64,000 nucleotides of DNA from an uncultured Brevibacillus sp. (GCF_947502445.1 NZ_CANMZW010000021.1:14823-78822), one strand, 5' to 3'; numbered from the stretch's first letter, positions 17,256-28,059 are shown. Made by a program: numbers and translations. Notes: generated from the letters alone by a model not told the origin.

Positions 17256-18488
17256 ATGAAAAACGAGATCATGGATAGATTCATCTCTTACGCACAAGTG
17301 AATACACAGTCCGATGAGGACAGCGAAACCTGCCCTTCAACATCAGGGCAGCTAGTGCTTGCCCAAATGCTCGTAGACGAGCTGAATGCCATCGGTATGC
17401 AGGAAGTTACGATGGATTCGAACGGTTATGTAATGGCAACCCTTCCGGCCAATACAGACAAAGAGATTCCAACGATCGGTTTTCTTGCCCATATGGATAC
17501 GGCCACTGATTTTACTGGCGCTAGCGTGAACCCGCAAATTGTAGAAAATTATAACGGACAAGACATTGTCTTGAACAAAGCACGGAATATTGTACTTTCT
17601 CCTATCGATTTTCCAGAGCTGACAGGATACAAAGGTCACACACTCATAACGACAGACGGAACCACATTACTTGGCGCTGATGATAAAGCCGGTATTGCCG
17701 AAATCATGACCGCTATGGCTTATCTCATTCGACACCCAGAACTGAAACACGGGAGGGTACGAGTAGCTTTCACCCCGGATGAAGAAATCGGCAGAGGCCC
17801 CGAGAAGTTTGATGTGTCCGCTTTCGACGCAGTGTACGCCTATACGATGGATGGCGGTCCTCTCGGTGGGATCGAGTACGAGAGCTTTAACGCTGCATCA
17901 GCTATCATTACTTGCAAAGGGACGAATGTCCACCCTGGTACAGCCAAAGGTAAAATGGTCAACGCTGCTAAAATAGCCATGGAGCTGCACGGCATGCTGC
18001 CGGCTGATGAGACTCCTGAGAAGACGGAAGGCTATGAAGGCTTCTACCATCTATCGTCTATTCGTGGTGACGTAGAGCAAACACAGCTTCGTTATTTGAT
18101 TCGGGAGCACGATCGGAATCGGTTTATGGAGAGAAAGTCCGAGCTGGCTCGTATTGTAGAAGAATTACAGAAAAAATACGGTGATAAGCGAATTGAGTTC
18201 GAAATCAAAGACGAATATTTCAACATGAGGGAAAAGATAGAGCCTGTCATGGAAGTAGTGGACATCGCTAAACGAGCGCTAGAAAATCTCGGAATCGTGC
18301 CGATTATTGAGCCGATTCGCGGTGGTACGGATGGCTCTCAGCTATCCTACATGGGGTTGCCAACACCGAATATATTCACAGGCGGGGAAAATTACCACGG
18401 GCCGTTCGAATATGTTTCGGTTGATAACATGGTGCAGGCTGTGAACACCATCATCGAAATTGTTAAGCTGTATGAACAAAGATCCTAA
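17256..18488 (+). CDS. pepT: Peptidase T (tripeptide aminopeptidase, M20B)
   Basis: [38 protein letters not shown] motifs. Confidence 0.95.
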   Translation: MKNEIMDRFISYAQVNTQSDEDSETCPSTSGQLVLAQMLVDELNAIGMQEVTMDSNGYVMATLPANTDKEIPTIGFLAHMDTATDFTGASVNPQIVENYNGQDIVLNKARNIVLSPIDFPELTGYKGHTLITTDGTTLLGADDKAGIAEIMTAMAYLIRHPELKHGRVRVAFTPDEEIGRGPEKFDVSAFDAVYAYTMDGGPLGGIEYESFNAASAIITCKGTNVHPGTAKGKMVNAAKIAMELHGMLPADETPEKTEGYEGFYHLSSIRGDVEQTQLRYLIREHDRNRFMERKSELARIVEELQKKYGDKRIEFEIKDEYFNMREKIEPVMEVVDIAKRALENLGIVPIIEPIRGGTDGSQLSYMGLPTPNIFTGGENYHGPFEYVSVDNMVQAVNTIIEIVKLYEQRS

Positions 18489-18654
18489 TCGTGAACAGTA
18501 TCTAGGATGCATAGGCTGCCAAAAAGCCGAGCGAATTTCAGGACATCATTCCTGTTTTTCCTCGGTTTTTTTGCTTTGATTCTGCGGTAGGTTTCTCGTT
18601 GTGTAAAGGGATAAAGAAAGGGGGCTGAGGAATGCATAGCTTAACGTGAATAGT

Positions 18655-18710
18655 ATGGATTGCTTAAAATGATCACTTTTGGACGTTTCCATTCACTCCA
18701 ATGGTTGATA
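18655..18710 (+). promoter_or_regulatory. Probable MocR-family operator/promoter, copy 1
   Basis: ATGGATTGCT...CCAATGGTTGATA, same motif and spacing as 21597-21652. Confidence 0.5.
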
Positions 18711-18751
18711 AACTTACCAAATACTTTCACATACAAATAGGAGTGATAACC

Positions 18752-19288
18752 ATGGTTGGGGTACGTTACAAGATACGAGAAGTGTTGGACGAGAGCAAGA
18801 TTGAGACGTTTTTGCAGCAAGCTCGCATAGGACATCTTGGGATGGTCGATGGTCATCTGCCATATGTTGTTCCGCTCAATTTTGTTTGGACAAATGGGAA
18901 GCTTTATTTCCATGGTGCTACCGGGGGAAGACGAAATCAGGTTATGGATTCGAATCCAGAGGTCTGTTTTACGGTTTGTGAAGAATATGGAACGATTACT
19001 GATCCGGTGCCAGCCAAGACAGACACAGCGTATATGAGTGTAATGATTTTTGGCAAGGCGCAGCCCATCGCCGAATTGGAAGAAGCTACACACATGCTGC
19101 AGGAAATGATAAATAAATATGTACCTGGTTACTATAATCGACCTTTACCCAAGCAGCACGTAGACAAATACCGATCAGCAGTATTTGGCGGTCCAGTTCA
19201 GGTGTACCGTATTGATCCATACCATATCACCGCGAAAGAAAACCCGATTGAAGAAGAGAAAATGTTCGAACCAGGGAAAACCGTGTAA
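18752..19288 (+). CDS. Pyridoxamine 5'-phosphate oxidase / NimA-like flavin-binding protein
   Basis: PYVVPLNF, LYFHGATGGRR, YMSVMIFGKA; ATG after GGAGTG. Confidence 0.85.
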   Translation: MVGVRYKIREVLDESKIETFLQQARIGHLGMVDGHLPYVVPLNFVWTNGKLYFHGATGGRRNQVMDSNPEVCFTVCEEYGTITDPVPAKTDTAYMSVMIFGKAQPIAELEEATHMLQEMINKYVPGYYNRPLPKQHVDKYRSAVFGGPVQVYRIDPYHITAKENPIEEEKMFEPGKTV

Positions 19289-19301
19289 GAGGGGTGGGGT
19301 C

Positions 19302-19837
19302 ATGAGCCAGCTAGTCAAAGAGAACCTCAATATGGTGAGGAAGCAGATGGAATTGGCTTGCCAAGCCTCAGGATGCAACATAGAGGACGTAAAATTGTTG
19401 TTGGCGACCAAAACGGTACCGCTTGAAAAATTACAAATGGCTATACAAGCCGGTGAGACTCTATTTGGGGAAAACAAGGCGCAAGAGCTTCGGGACAAAT
19501 TTCCACTTATGCAGCAGGATCAGCAGGTGCAATGGCAGAGCAATTGGCTCAGTTCGAAACATTAAACATAAAGGGCCTCATGACGATCGGAAAATGGAAT
19601 GCTACAAACGACGAGACCCGGCACTGCTTCCGATTATTAAAATTGCTTCAAACTCAAATCAGGGGGAAAAAGCTTCCGCGTGTAGAAATGGATACTCTCT
19701 CGATGGGTATGTCTGGTGATTTCAAGGTGGCCATCGAAGAAGGCGCTACCATCATTCGCGTGGGGACAAGCGTATTCGGCCAACGTTACTTGCCAGACAC
19801 CTATTACTGGAATGAAACCGCGCGCCAGGACGATTAG
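19302..19837 (+). pseudogene. yggS: YggS/PLP homeostasis protein, internal deletion with frameshift
   Basis: LLLATKTV, FGENKAQE ends at QW near 19535; resumes in another frame with GLMTIG and LSMGMSGDF..RVGTSVFG; the HFIGxLQxNK-to-QVN segment is absent. Confidence 0.85.
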
Positions 19838-19855
19838 GAGAGAGGCAGGAGAACA

Positions 19856-20105
19856 ATGATGAACACACCACCCCCCCTCGCTGCGCGCCCGCGACTTGAT
19901 ATCACCGACCATAGCTCTGTCATCGTCAACTACGGGGGCACCATTGATTACGTTTTTAGCAACAGCTGCGAATGTGACATTGCTTGGCGTTGGCGGAGCA
20001 TTTTGGGGACTTGTCGCAGGTTTGGCGGCACATCTATTGATTCATGGGAAATTTCATAGAAAGCCATACAGGCCGACAGAAGTGCAACAAGCAGAACAGA
20101 AATAA
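19856..20105 (+). pseudogene. BenE benzoate/H+ symporter family remnant
   Basis: N-terminal SVIVNYGG joined out of frame to C-terminal LITFLATAANVTLLGVGGAFWGLVAG; 250 bp versus roughly 1.2 kb typical for the family. Confidence 0.65.
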
Positions 20106-20136
20106 TAGGAGGCGAGTAATGGCGGAGATGCTTGTA

Positions 20137-21567
20137 TTAGATAAGCATCTCCGCAAGACGATAAATGCCTTCTTCAATGGCAGCTTCATCTACTTTCGCA
20201 AAACCTAGTACCCATCCCCTTCGATTACTTTCCAAGCAATACTTGCTAAGCGGATAAACACGGATTCCTTTTTCGAGTGCTAGGTTCGTCATGGCTTCTT
20301 CGTCGAACGAATTATCAGCTTCAAGAAGCATATGCAACCCTGTTTCGACGCCGCTTAGTGTGAAGTGCTCACTCAGACCTGTCGTGATGATGGCTTTGGT
20401 CATGGCTTCGTGTCTGCGCCGGTATACATTTCGGACTCGTCTCATATGGCGCATGAAATGTCCATGCTCGATAAAATGAGTGAGTGTTAGTTGCTCCATA
20501 ATCGGCAGATGGCGATAGGTCAATGCATGAACCCCAGCAAGCTGACGGATGGCCTCTTTGGGACCGATGATTGCTGATATCCGAATACCAGGAGCAATCA
20601 TTTTGGAAAAGCTCATCATATACAAAGTATTCTGAGGTCGCTGACTGAACAAGGTCGGAAGTGGGTCGCCGCGATAGCGGAATTCGCTGTCGTAATCATC
20701 CTCAACAATCCAAACACGATGCTTGGCAGCCAAATGTAACAATTGTTGCCTGCGAGGCTCAGACATAATGACTCCAACCGCACACTGATGTGATGGTGTA
20801 ACAAAGACTAGCTTGGAATCAGGGTGAATACGGTCTACACATAGCCCATGCTCGTCGACCGGAACGGATGCAACTTGCATACGCTGATACTTCATCGCCA
20901 TCCAGGCAGCAGGGAAGCCAGGATCTTCAACAGAAACGGTATCTCCCTCATGTAAAAGGGCCTGGGCGATCAAATCGATGCTATGCTGTGCACCTGAGGT
21001 TAAAAGGATCTGATCGGTATCCACATGAACGCCCCGTTCAAGTGACAAATAACGTTGGATTTGTTCTCGTAGCGGCAGGAATCCATACGCATCTCCGTAA
21101 GCCCAGCTTTCCAGATCTGTTTCTGTGGAAGCCCGTAAAAACGATTGTCTCCAATTCTTTTGAAACTGTTCGTCCAAATAGGGTTCATGCGGACTGAAAT
21201 CGATCTCAACTTTTTGATTTTCTTTGTCTCCAAACCAACTGTGTAAATGACCGATTGAAGCGTTTAATAGAGGCAATTCGGGGAGGACAGGTCCCTCCTG
21301 CGCAGTATCTTCTGAAGGGCGAGTAGCATAAGTCCATTCACTAACTCTTGTCCCGCCGCGACGAGAGGTTACGGTATACCCGCGGCTGAATAGCTCCTCG
21401 TAAACAATCTGTATAGTTGAACGGGAAACGCCAATTAATAGAGCGAGTTCGCGGGATGGGAGCAGCAATTCGCCGGGTGGCCACTTTCCAGTTGTAATAT
21501 TATGGATCGCCTGGTCGAGCAGTTGCTGCCAAATGGGACGTTCGTCATCGCGGTTTACTTTTAGCAT
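20137..21567 (-). CDS. MocR/GabR family PLP-dependent transcriptional regulator
   Basis: wHTH LLPSRELA..VSRST; VEDPG, FVTPSHQ, WIVEDDYDSEF, SFSKMIAPGIR. Confidence 0.93.
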   Translation of the reverse strand: MLKVNRDDERPIWQQLLDQAIHNITTGKWPPGELLLPSRELALLIGVSRSTIQIVYEELFSRGYTVTSRRGGTRVSEWTYATRPSEDTAQEGPVLPELPLLNASIGHLHSWFGDKENQKVEIDFSPHEPYLDEQFQKNWRQSFLRASTETDLESWAYGDAYGFLPLREQIQRYLSLERGVHVDTDQILLTSGAQHSIDLIAQALLHEGDTVSVEDPGFPAAWMAMKYQRMQVASVPVDEHGLCVDRIHPDSKLVFVTPSHQCAVGVIMSEPRRQQLLHLAAKHRVWIVEDDYDSEFRYRGDPLPTLFSQRPQNTLYMMSFSKMIAPGIRISAIIGPKEAIRQLAGVHALTYRHLPIMEQLTLTHFIEHGHFMRHMRRVRNVYRRRHEAMTKAIITTGLSEHFTLSGVETGLHMLLEADNSFDEEAMTNLALEKGIRVYPLSKYCLESNRRGWVLGFAKVDEAAIEEGIYRLAEMLI

Positions 21568-21596
21568 GCATTCACCTTCATTGTTTTACTGATATT

Positions 21597-21652
21597 ATGG
21601 ATTGCTATAAATATTGAATTTCGACTGCCTAACAGCAATCCATTGGTTGGTA
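21597..21652 (+). promoter_or_regulatory. Probable MocR-family operator, copy 2
   Basis: Perfect inverted repeat ATGGATTGCT-N27-AGCAATCCAT followed by TGGTTGGTA. Confidence 0.6.
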
Positions 21653-21856
21653 TCCTATCATGACAAACATCGCTTTTACAACACGATATTTCTAGCGATG
21701 TGGGGATAGAGCATACTAGATCGTATTCGTTTGCCTTATGTTAGTATGTGGAAGGAAAGATTCACTCTTCATCTTCACAACATAATTCGAAGAGATGCAA
21801 GGAGGATGGTATAGGGAAACTTTCTACACTTTTTGATTAGATAGGAGGAATGGAGA

Positions 21857-22785
21857 ATGAGGAAGAGATTTTGGAAGCGCTTATAAGGTAGGAGAGCAGG
21901 GCGACTTTTCGGTTGAAGACGATCCGATTGCTCAATTCTTAATGGAGAATCCTGACAGAGCTTCCCTGTATGTCATTCGCAATGGAGATAAGGTGATCGA
22001 TTATAACTCCAACCGAGCGATGACTCTGGCCAGCACCTCAAAATTGATCATTGCGCTTGAGTTCGCCAAGCAGGCGTCCAAAGGAAAGATCAATCCCTCG
22101 AAAAAGGTGTCGTTGGATGATTTGGCTCTGTTTTACGTGCCAGGGAGTGATGGCAATGCTCATGAAGCTTGGCTGCAGGATATCGAGACGCGTCAAGTGG
22201 TTCAAAACGGCAAAGTCAGCTTGCAGGAAGTTGCAAAAGGAATGATCAAGTTTAGCTCCAATGCCAACTCAGAGTATTTGTTAATGCTTCTTGGTATCAA
22301 TAAAGTCAACGATAACCTGGACGATTTGAACTTTAACAAGCATGAGAAGTTTTTCCCCTCCTATGCATCCATTATCTTTGTCCCCTACTCCATAATGTCT
22401 ACTCTGGACCCTGATTTACCATTCAATGAGAGGGTCGATCTTGTCAAAACCCAGCTCAGTAATATGTCGCAGAAAAATTTCATTGCCGAGGTGAACAAAA
22501 TATTCAAAATCTTGCAAAAAGACAAAACTGGCGGTCATTGAGAACCCGCTGAAGCCGGATAGTCCGTTTACTCGCATTGGCTTAAAAGGTGGAAGTACAG
22601 CAAAAGTACTTACGATGTCTTTTTACTCCACAGATAAAAACGGGAACAAGATAGAGCTGGCTCTTTTTACAAATGAGCTAACGAAAGCAGAGTTTCAGCA
22701 AATTGCCCAACATTTAAGCGTATTTTTTTTAGAACGGGTTCAGGATGAGGACTATTTAGATGATCTAAAGCAATATTTGCAGTAG
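21857..22785 (+). pseudogene. Serine hydrolase (beta-lactamase class A-like), two frame-breaking deletions
   Basis: MRKRFWK start, frame break near 21875; LASTSK (SxxK), SSN (SxN); second break near 22530; C-terminus with KGGST ends TAG 22785. Confidence 0.75.
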
Positions 22786-22834
22786 AACAATTAGTGAGCC
22801 AGCAGCCCTACACATAGATAAAGGGGAGATCGAG

Positions 22835-23322
22835 TTGAGCGAATGGGTACAGATTTTAAAGGAGCTGTCAGAGGCGTCAGGAGTTCCAGGACAGGAACAG
22901 GAAGTGCGGGAGCTGATGCGCACCTATTTGGAGCCTTACACAGAAGAGTTATCCACCGATAATCTGGGAAGCATCGTTGGTCGAAAAACGGGGATTGCGG
23001 GGGCGACTGTACAAGAGGAAGTGGGACTTCGCGGGGCAGGGACAAGCACGACCATGATTGGACCGGATCTGTTTATTGCCATACGGCGGAAGAAGAAGGA
23101 ATCCCCTATCAGTTCGGAGCCGCTCCTGGTGTGGGGACAGATGCTGGCGCCGCTCATCTGATCGGGATAGGAGTACCATCGATTGTGATCGCGATCCCGG
23201 CGCGTTATATACACAGCCATGCATCTATTCTTCATCATAATGATGTCGAGAATACGGTGAAATTACTCGTTGCGCTCATCAAAAAGCTGGATCAAAAAAC
23301 AGTCGATTGGATCAAATCGTAG
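22835..23322 (+). pseudogene. M42 family metallopeptidase, two large internal deletions
   Basis: SGVPGQEQEV..DNLGS joined to [12 protein letters not shown], then a frame break to [18 protein letters not shown]; 488 bp versus roughly 1.1 kb typical. Confidence 0.85.
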
Positions 23323-23435
23323 CAGGCGTACCTCTTTAAGGTAGTGGAAGAACCACCGAAGGATGAAAAATCCAGTGCGGTGGTTCTTTTTTTCTCTCTT
23401 CTTCCATGCCATCATTAATGAGGGGGCGATGAAGG

Positions 23436-24920
23436 ATGTTCCAGGATTTCAAGCTCGTCGGTGACCGGCCGGTCGCGATACAAGTGAAAGAATACGTCAA
23501 ACGTTTAATTATAAAAGGGGCGCTTCAGGCAGATCAGAAGCTGCCCTCTACACGTGAAATGAGTGGTCTGTTAAAGCTGAGCCGCAATACGGTCATTGCA
23601 GCCTATGAAGGCTTGGAGGATGACGGATTTACGTATGCGATTCCCGGCAAAGGCAGCTATGTAGCGGCTATGGTTAACCATTTGGCTGCAGATAACGGAG
23701 GAGCTGATGGCTCCGCCACTTGGCAGATCGACTGGAAGGCAAGACTGAACGATTATGCTGTATCGGCTGTAGAGCTGGATATGATGAAGCAGGGCATTCG
23801 CGCCAAAAAAGGAACGATCTCGTTCACGAGCATCGCTCCGGATGAACAGCTGTTTGATCTGGGAGATGTCAGGCGAGCCTTTTTGGACCGGATGGCAATC
23901 GAAGGGCAGATGCTGCTTAACTATGGCTATGCCAAGGGCTACAAGCCGCTGATCGATTACTTGATGCGTTATATGGAAAATAAGGGCGTCGATATAAGCG
24001 ACAAGGATATGCTGATTACAAATGGGTTTACAGAAGGCTTTGACATCGTGCTTTCGGCATTGCGTCCTTCTGCGCGCCGCGGGGCAGCCATATGTGAAAA
24101 TCCGACCCACCATACAGCGATCAAAAATTTGAAGCTGCAAGGATTTGAAATTACCGGCATTCCGATGGAGCGTGACGGTATTGATGTGGAGCAGCTTGAG
24201 GAGGTATTGAAGAAGCAGACTACTCACTTCGATCTGGCCTATTTGACACCTTCCTATCACAATCCGACTGGTATTGTCATGTCGCCGGAGAAGCGCAGCG
24301 CCGTTATGAAACTAATGATGCGCTATCAGATTCCGGTGATTGAGGATGGATTCAATGAGGAGCTGCGCTACTCAGGAGCGCATGTGGCCCCTTTAATAGC
24401 AACAGCAGGGCGAGGGAACGGAGTTATCTATATTGGCAGCTTCTCCAAAGTGCTTTTCCCCGGCTTGCGAGTAGGCTGGGTGCTTGGAGACCGAGCACTG
24501 ATCAACACTCTGGAAAGCATGAAGCGCGCACGCACCATTCATACCTCAACAATCGATCAATCGATTTTGTATCAATACTTGCTTAACGGAAATTTTGATA
24601 AGTATGTAAAAAAAGCACGCACAGAGTATAAGCGCAAATATGAGCTGACAAAGGCATGCTGCGAGGCGCATCTTCCAGAGGCTCAGCTGTCTGGTGACGG
24701 TGGCTTGCATATATTCCTCACCTTTCCGACAGGAGTAAAAACACGCCAGCTGCTGGAAGCTTGCACAAAACAAGGCGTTATATTTACACCTGGAGACAAG
24801 TTTTTTATTCAGGAAGGCGAAGGGACGAACACGTTGCGGCTCGGTTTTTCACGTGTCACAGATGAAAATATCGAGCGGGGTATTCAAATCATCGGCAAAC
24901 AGGCGCGTAGCTTTCTTTAG
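23436..24920 (+). CDS. ddlR: MocR-family regulator of D-Ala-D-Ala ligase (DdlR-like)
   Basis: wHTH LPSTREMS..LSRNTV plus PLP aminotransferase domain (YLTPSYHNPTG, GSFSKVLFPGLR); directly upstream of ddl. Confidence 0.8.
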   Translation: MFQDFKLVGDRPVAIQVKEYVKRLIIKGALQADQKLPSTREMSGLLKLSRNTVIAAYEGLEDDGFTYAIPGKGSYVAAMVNHLAADNGGADGSATWQIDWKARLNDYAVSAVELDMMKQGIRAKKGTISFTSIAPDEQLFDLGDVRRAFLDRMAIEGQMLLNYGYAKGYKPLIDYLMRYMENKGVDISDKDMLITNGFTEGFDIVLSALRPSARRGAAICENPTHHTAIKNLKLQGFEITGIPMERDGIDVEQLEEVLKKQTTHFDLAYLTPSYHNPTGIVMSPEKRSAVMKLMMRYQIPVIEDGFNEELRYSGAHVAPLIATAGRGNGVIYIGSFSKVLFPGLRVGWVLGDRALINTLESMKRARTIHTSTIDQSILYQYLLNGNFDKYVKKARTEYKRKYELTKACCEAHLPEAQLSGDGGLHIFLTFPTGVKTRQLLEACTKQGVIFTPGDKFFIQEGEGTNTLRLGFSRVTDENIERGIQIIGKQARSFL

Positions 24921-24946
24921 ATATAAAAGAAAAATGAGGTGTCAAG

Positions 24947-25888
24947 ATGAGAGTTGGCGTGATTATGGGCGGTATTTCCTCTGAACGTGAGGTTTCTCTG
25001 TGGACAGGTCAAGAGATGGTCAAACATCTGAATCGCAGTCGCTACGAGGTGGTTCCGATTGTGATCAAGCAGCGAACGGATTTAGTCACACAGGTTCAGC
25101 AGGCAGGCATCGACTTCGCACTACTTGCGCTGCATGGTCAATTTGGCGAGGACGGCACAGTGCAGGGAGTACTGGAGACACTGGGCATTCCCTATTCAGG
25201 AAGCGGAGTTTTGGCAAGCAGTCTTTGCATGAATAAGCAGCTGTCCAAGATTCTGCTAAAGGCAGTGGGCGTGCATACACCTGCAGGTTTTTGCTGGCAG
25301 GGGATGGACGACTATGATCCGCAGGCAGTAGAGCAGCTGGGCTACCCGGTTATTGTGAAGCCGAATACAGGGGGATCGAGTATCGGCGTTCAGCCTGTGC
25401 AAAATGAGAAGGAGCTGCTGCCCGCTATTCAGGAAGCGTTTGGCTTGGGTCAGACGATCTTGATTGAGCCGTATATTAAAGGGACGGAGCTGACTTGCCC
25501 GATCCTGGATGGCGAGGTACTGCCGATTATCGGTATTCGCTCCGCACACTCGGAGTGGTTTGATTTCAAAGCGAAATACGAGGTGGGTGGGGCTGAGGAG
25601 AAAGTCATCCAGCTTCCTCCCGTTATCGAGCAGCGTGTGCGCGAGGCGGCGTTAGCCAGCTACCAGCAGCTGCAGTGCAAGGTCTATGCCAGGGTCGATA
25701 TCATTTTGTCTCAGGATACGCCATATGTGCTGGAGGTAAATACCTTGCCGGGAATGACAGAGGGCAGCCTTTTTCCAAAGAGCGCAGCTGCAGCAGGCAT
25801 GACGTATACACAGCTGCTGGACCGTATTATTGCTAGCTCTCTTCATGAGCGGAACCAGGAGGCGCCATGGCTTGGTTGCCAAGGATGA
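24947..25888 (+). CDS. ddl: D-alanine--D-alanine ligase (last residues altered by a deletion)
   Basis: GGISSEREVS, LHGQFGEDG, KPNTGGSS, ARVD, EVNTLPG. Confidence 0.93.
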   Translation: MRVGVIMGGISSEREVSLWTGQEMVKHLNRSRYEVVPIVIKQRTDLVTQVQQAGIDFALLALHGQFGEDGTVQGVLETLGIPYSGSGVLASSLCMNKQLSKILLKAVGVHTPAGFCWQGMDDYDPQAVEQLGYPVIVKPNTGGSSIGVQPVQNEKELLPAIQEAFGLGQTILIEPYIKGTELTCPILDGEVLPIIGIRSAHSEWFDFKAKYEVGGAEEKVIQLPPVIEQRVREAALASYQQLQCKVYARVDIILSQDTPYVLEVNTLPGMTEGSLFPKSAAAAGMTYTQLLDRIIASSLHERNQEAPWLGCQG

Positions 25889-26192
25889 GATGATGGCGAG
25901 CTACAATGAACGCCGCAAGCTATTTGTTGCCGGCTTGAATGCAATCGGGCTGACCTGTCACGAGCCTGAGGGAGCTTTCTATGCTTTCCCTTCCATTGCT
26001 TCGACTGGATTGTCATCTGAACAGTTCGCTCTAAGGCTACTGGAGGAAGCAAAGGTGGCGGTGGTGCCGGGACATGTATTCGGATCAGGCGGAGAGGGCT
26101 TTATTCGCTACTCATATGCAGCCTCGCTCGTCGATCTGGAGGAATCGCTGGAACGGATGGGAAGCCTTATGCAGGTGATGCAGCCGGTTTGA
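25866..26192 (+). pseudogene. C-terminal remnant of a class I/II aminotransferase fused to the ddl 3' end
   Basis: RRKLFVAGL..PEGAFYAF..VAVVPG..GEGFIRYSYA; no 5' part or RBS. Confidence 0.8.
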
Positions 26193-26316
26193 TAAAAGGC
26201 CGCTTGTTAGGGCATCATTCCTGAGTCTTTCCAACTGACCCATGATAAATATGACATAAGCTGACGTGTTTTAAACCGTACAATAAGGGGGAAATCAGCG
26301 AAAGGAGCGACAAATC

Positions 26317-27228
26317 ATGAAACCTTTAGAGGGAAAAGTAGCTTTGGTAGCAGGTGCAACACGAGGAGCGGGTAGAGGAATCGCAATTGAATTAGGGGCG
26401 GCTGGGGCAACGGTATATGTGACGGGACGCACGACAAGGGCACAACGCTCCGAGTACAATCGTCCTGAAACGATTGAAGAAACCGCCGAGCTAGTAACGA
26501 GTGCGGGGGGACGAGGGATAGCTGTTCAAGTAGATCATCTGCAGCCCGAGCAGGTACAGGCGCTCATAGCTCGGATTGAGGAAGAACAAGGCAGGTTGGA
26601 CATCCTGGTCAACGATGTGTGGGGTGGCGAATATTTGACACAGTGGAACGTGCCCGTCTGGGAGCACTCCCTTGAACGGGGATTTCGCCAGCTTCGATTA
26701 GCGATTGACACGCATATTATTACAAGCCATTATGCACTGCCGTTGTTAATACGCAACGAGAACGGTCTGGTTGTGGAGATAACAGATGGAACGGCAGAAT
26801 ACAACGACAAAAACTACCGTTTATCTCTGTACTACGATCTGGCAAAGTCGTCAGTCATTCGCATGGCGAAGTCTTTAGCCCATGAGCTCTCGCCCTATAA
26901 ATGCACCGCTGTAGCATTAACGCCGGGATGGATGCGGTCGGAAATCATGCTTGAGCATTTTGGTGTTGAGGAAGAAAACTGGCGAGACGCTACTGTGCGG
27001 GAGCCCCATTTTATTATTTCGGAATCTCCGCGATTTGTTGGACGCGCTGTCGCTGCCCTGGCAAAAGATCCGGAGGTCGGGCGATGGAATGGTCATTCTG
27101 TTTCCAGCGGTCAGCTCGCACAAGTGTATGATTTTTATGATATTGACGGCTCACAGCCTGATAGCTGGCGGTATATCGTAGAAGTGCAGGAAGCAGGCAA
27201 GCCGGCGGATGCTTCTGGATATCGTTAA
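26317..27228 (+). CDS. SDR family oxidoreductase
   Basis: VAGATRGAGRGIA, ILVNDVWG, YYDLAK. Confidence 0.9.
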   Translation: MKPLEGKVALVAGATRGAGRGIAIELGAAGATVYVTGRTTRAQRSEYNRPETIEETAELVTSAGGRGIAVQVDHLQPEQVQALIARIEEEQGRLDILVNDVWGGEYLTQWNVPVWEHSLERGFRQLRLAIDTHIITSHYALPLLIRNENGLVVEITDGTAEYNDKNYRLSLYYDLAKSSVIRMAKSLAHELSPYKCTAVALTPGWMRSEIMLEHFGVEEENWRDATVREPHFIISESPRFVGRAVAALAKDPEVGRWNGHSVSSGQLAQVYDFYDIDGSQPDSWRYIVEVQEAGKPADASGYR

Positions 27229-27527
27229 GCGAAAGTAAAATTACCCAAATTCAGGCTTACAAGGTGGTAGCGTCAGTTTAAGACTGTATTTTTCGGTCTG
27301 TGGCTGATGCTGCCTGGCTGCGAAGAAAATAGTATATATTCTACAACAACGATTAAACGTTTACTAGCCGGCCTGACGGGTCGGTCTTTTTCATGCACCC
27401 AGTATAATAGAGCGGGTAAAAACAAAATCACCCACAAACCCTGCTGGATATAATGTGTAAGAATCGTCAGAAATTGTGTAAAATGACGTGAACGCTTGCT
27501 ATAAGTGGCGTTTCACGTTTTTTTAGG

Positions 27528-27544
27528 TTGGCATAGCATTTGCA
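27528..27544 (+). promoter_or_regulatory. Sigma54 (SigL) -24/-12 promoter
   Basis: TTGGCATAGCATTTGCA = GG-N10-GC, 32 nt upstream of the PTS IIA gene; sigma54 activator nearby. Confidence 0.8.
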
Positions 27545-27576
27545 AAAGGTAAGGATAGAGGAGGTGCAATAAAATA

Positions 27577-28059
27577 GTGAGTTTGTCAGAATATATTGGT
27601 AAGGACCATATCCGCATATTTGAAGAAGCAGTGGACCAAGCGGAAGTGTTGCATCAATTGGGAGACATGTTGGTTCAGACGGGTGCAATTAGTATCGAGT
27701 ATATGGAGTCAGTGCGTAAACGCGAACAAGCATTTCCGACCGGATTGTACACGGGAGAAGTGAATGTCGCGATCCCGCATGCGGATCCTGAGAACTACGT
27801 CAAGCAACCCGCTATTGCACTCGGTGTGGTACGAAAAGGAGTAGCGTTTCGTAACATGGCTGACCCAACAGACGATATTTCGGTTCAACTGGTGTTTTTA
27901 CTTGCACCGGAACGAGGAGAAACACAGCTGGTCATTTTGGAACAGATCATGAATCTGATACAAGATCAGGCAAATATGCGACAAATTATGGATGCACAGG
28001 GAACAGAAGACGTCTGGAACGTACTGGGCCAACTGGTGCAAGTGGAGGAGAAATTATGA
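27577..28059 (+). CDS. PTS EIIA (galactitol/fructose class)
   Basis: REQAFPTGL..VAIPHAD. Confidence 0.9.
   Translation: MSLSEYIGKDHIRIFEEAVDQAEVLHQLGDMLVQTGAISIEYMESVRKREQAFPTGLYTGEVNVAIPHADPENYVKQPAIALGVVRKGVAFRNMADPTDDISVQLVFLLAPERGETQLVILEQIMNLIQDQANMRQIMDAQGTEDVWNVLGQLVQVEEKL

Noticed and set aside
23571-24260. 229-aa minus-strand ORF
   Set aside because: Antisense to ddlR; no motifs.
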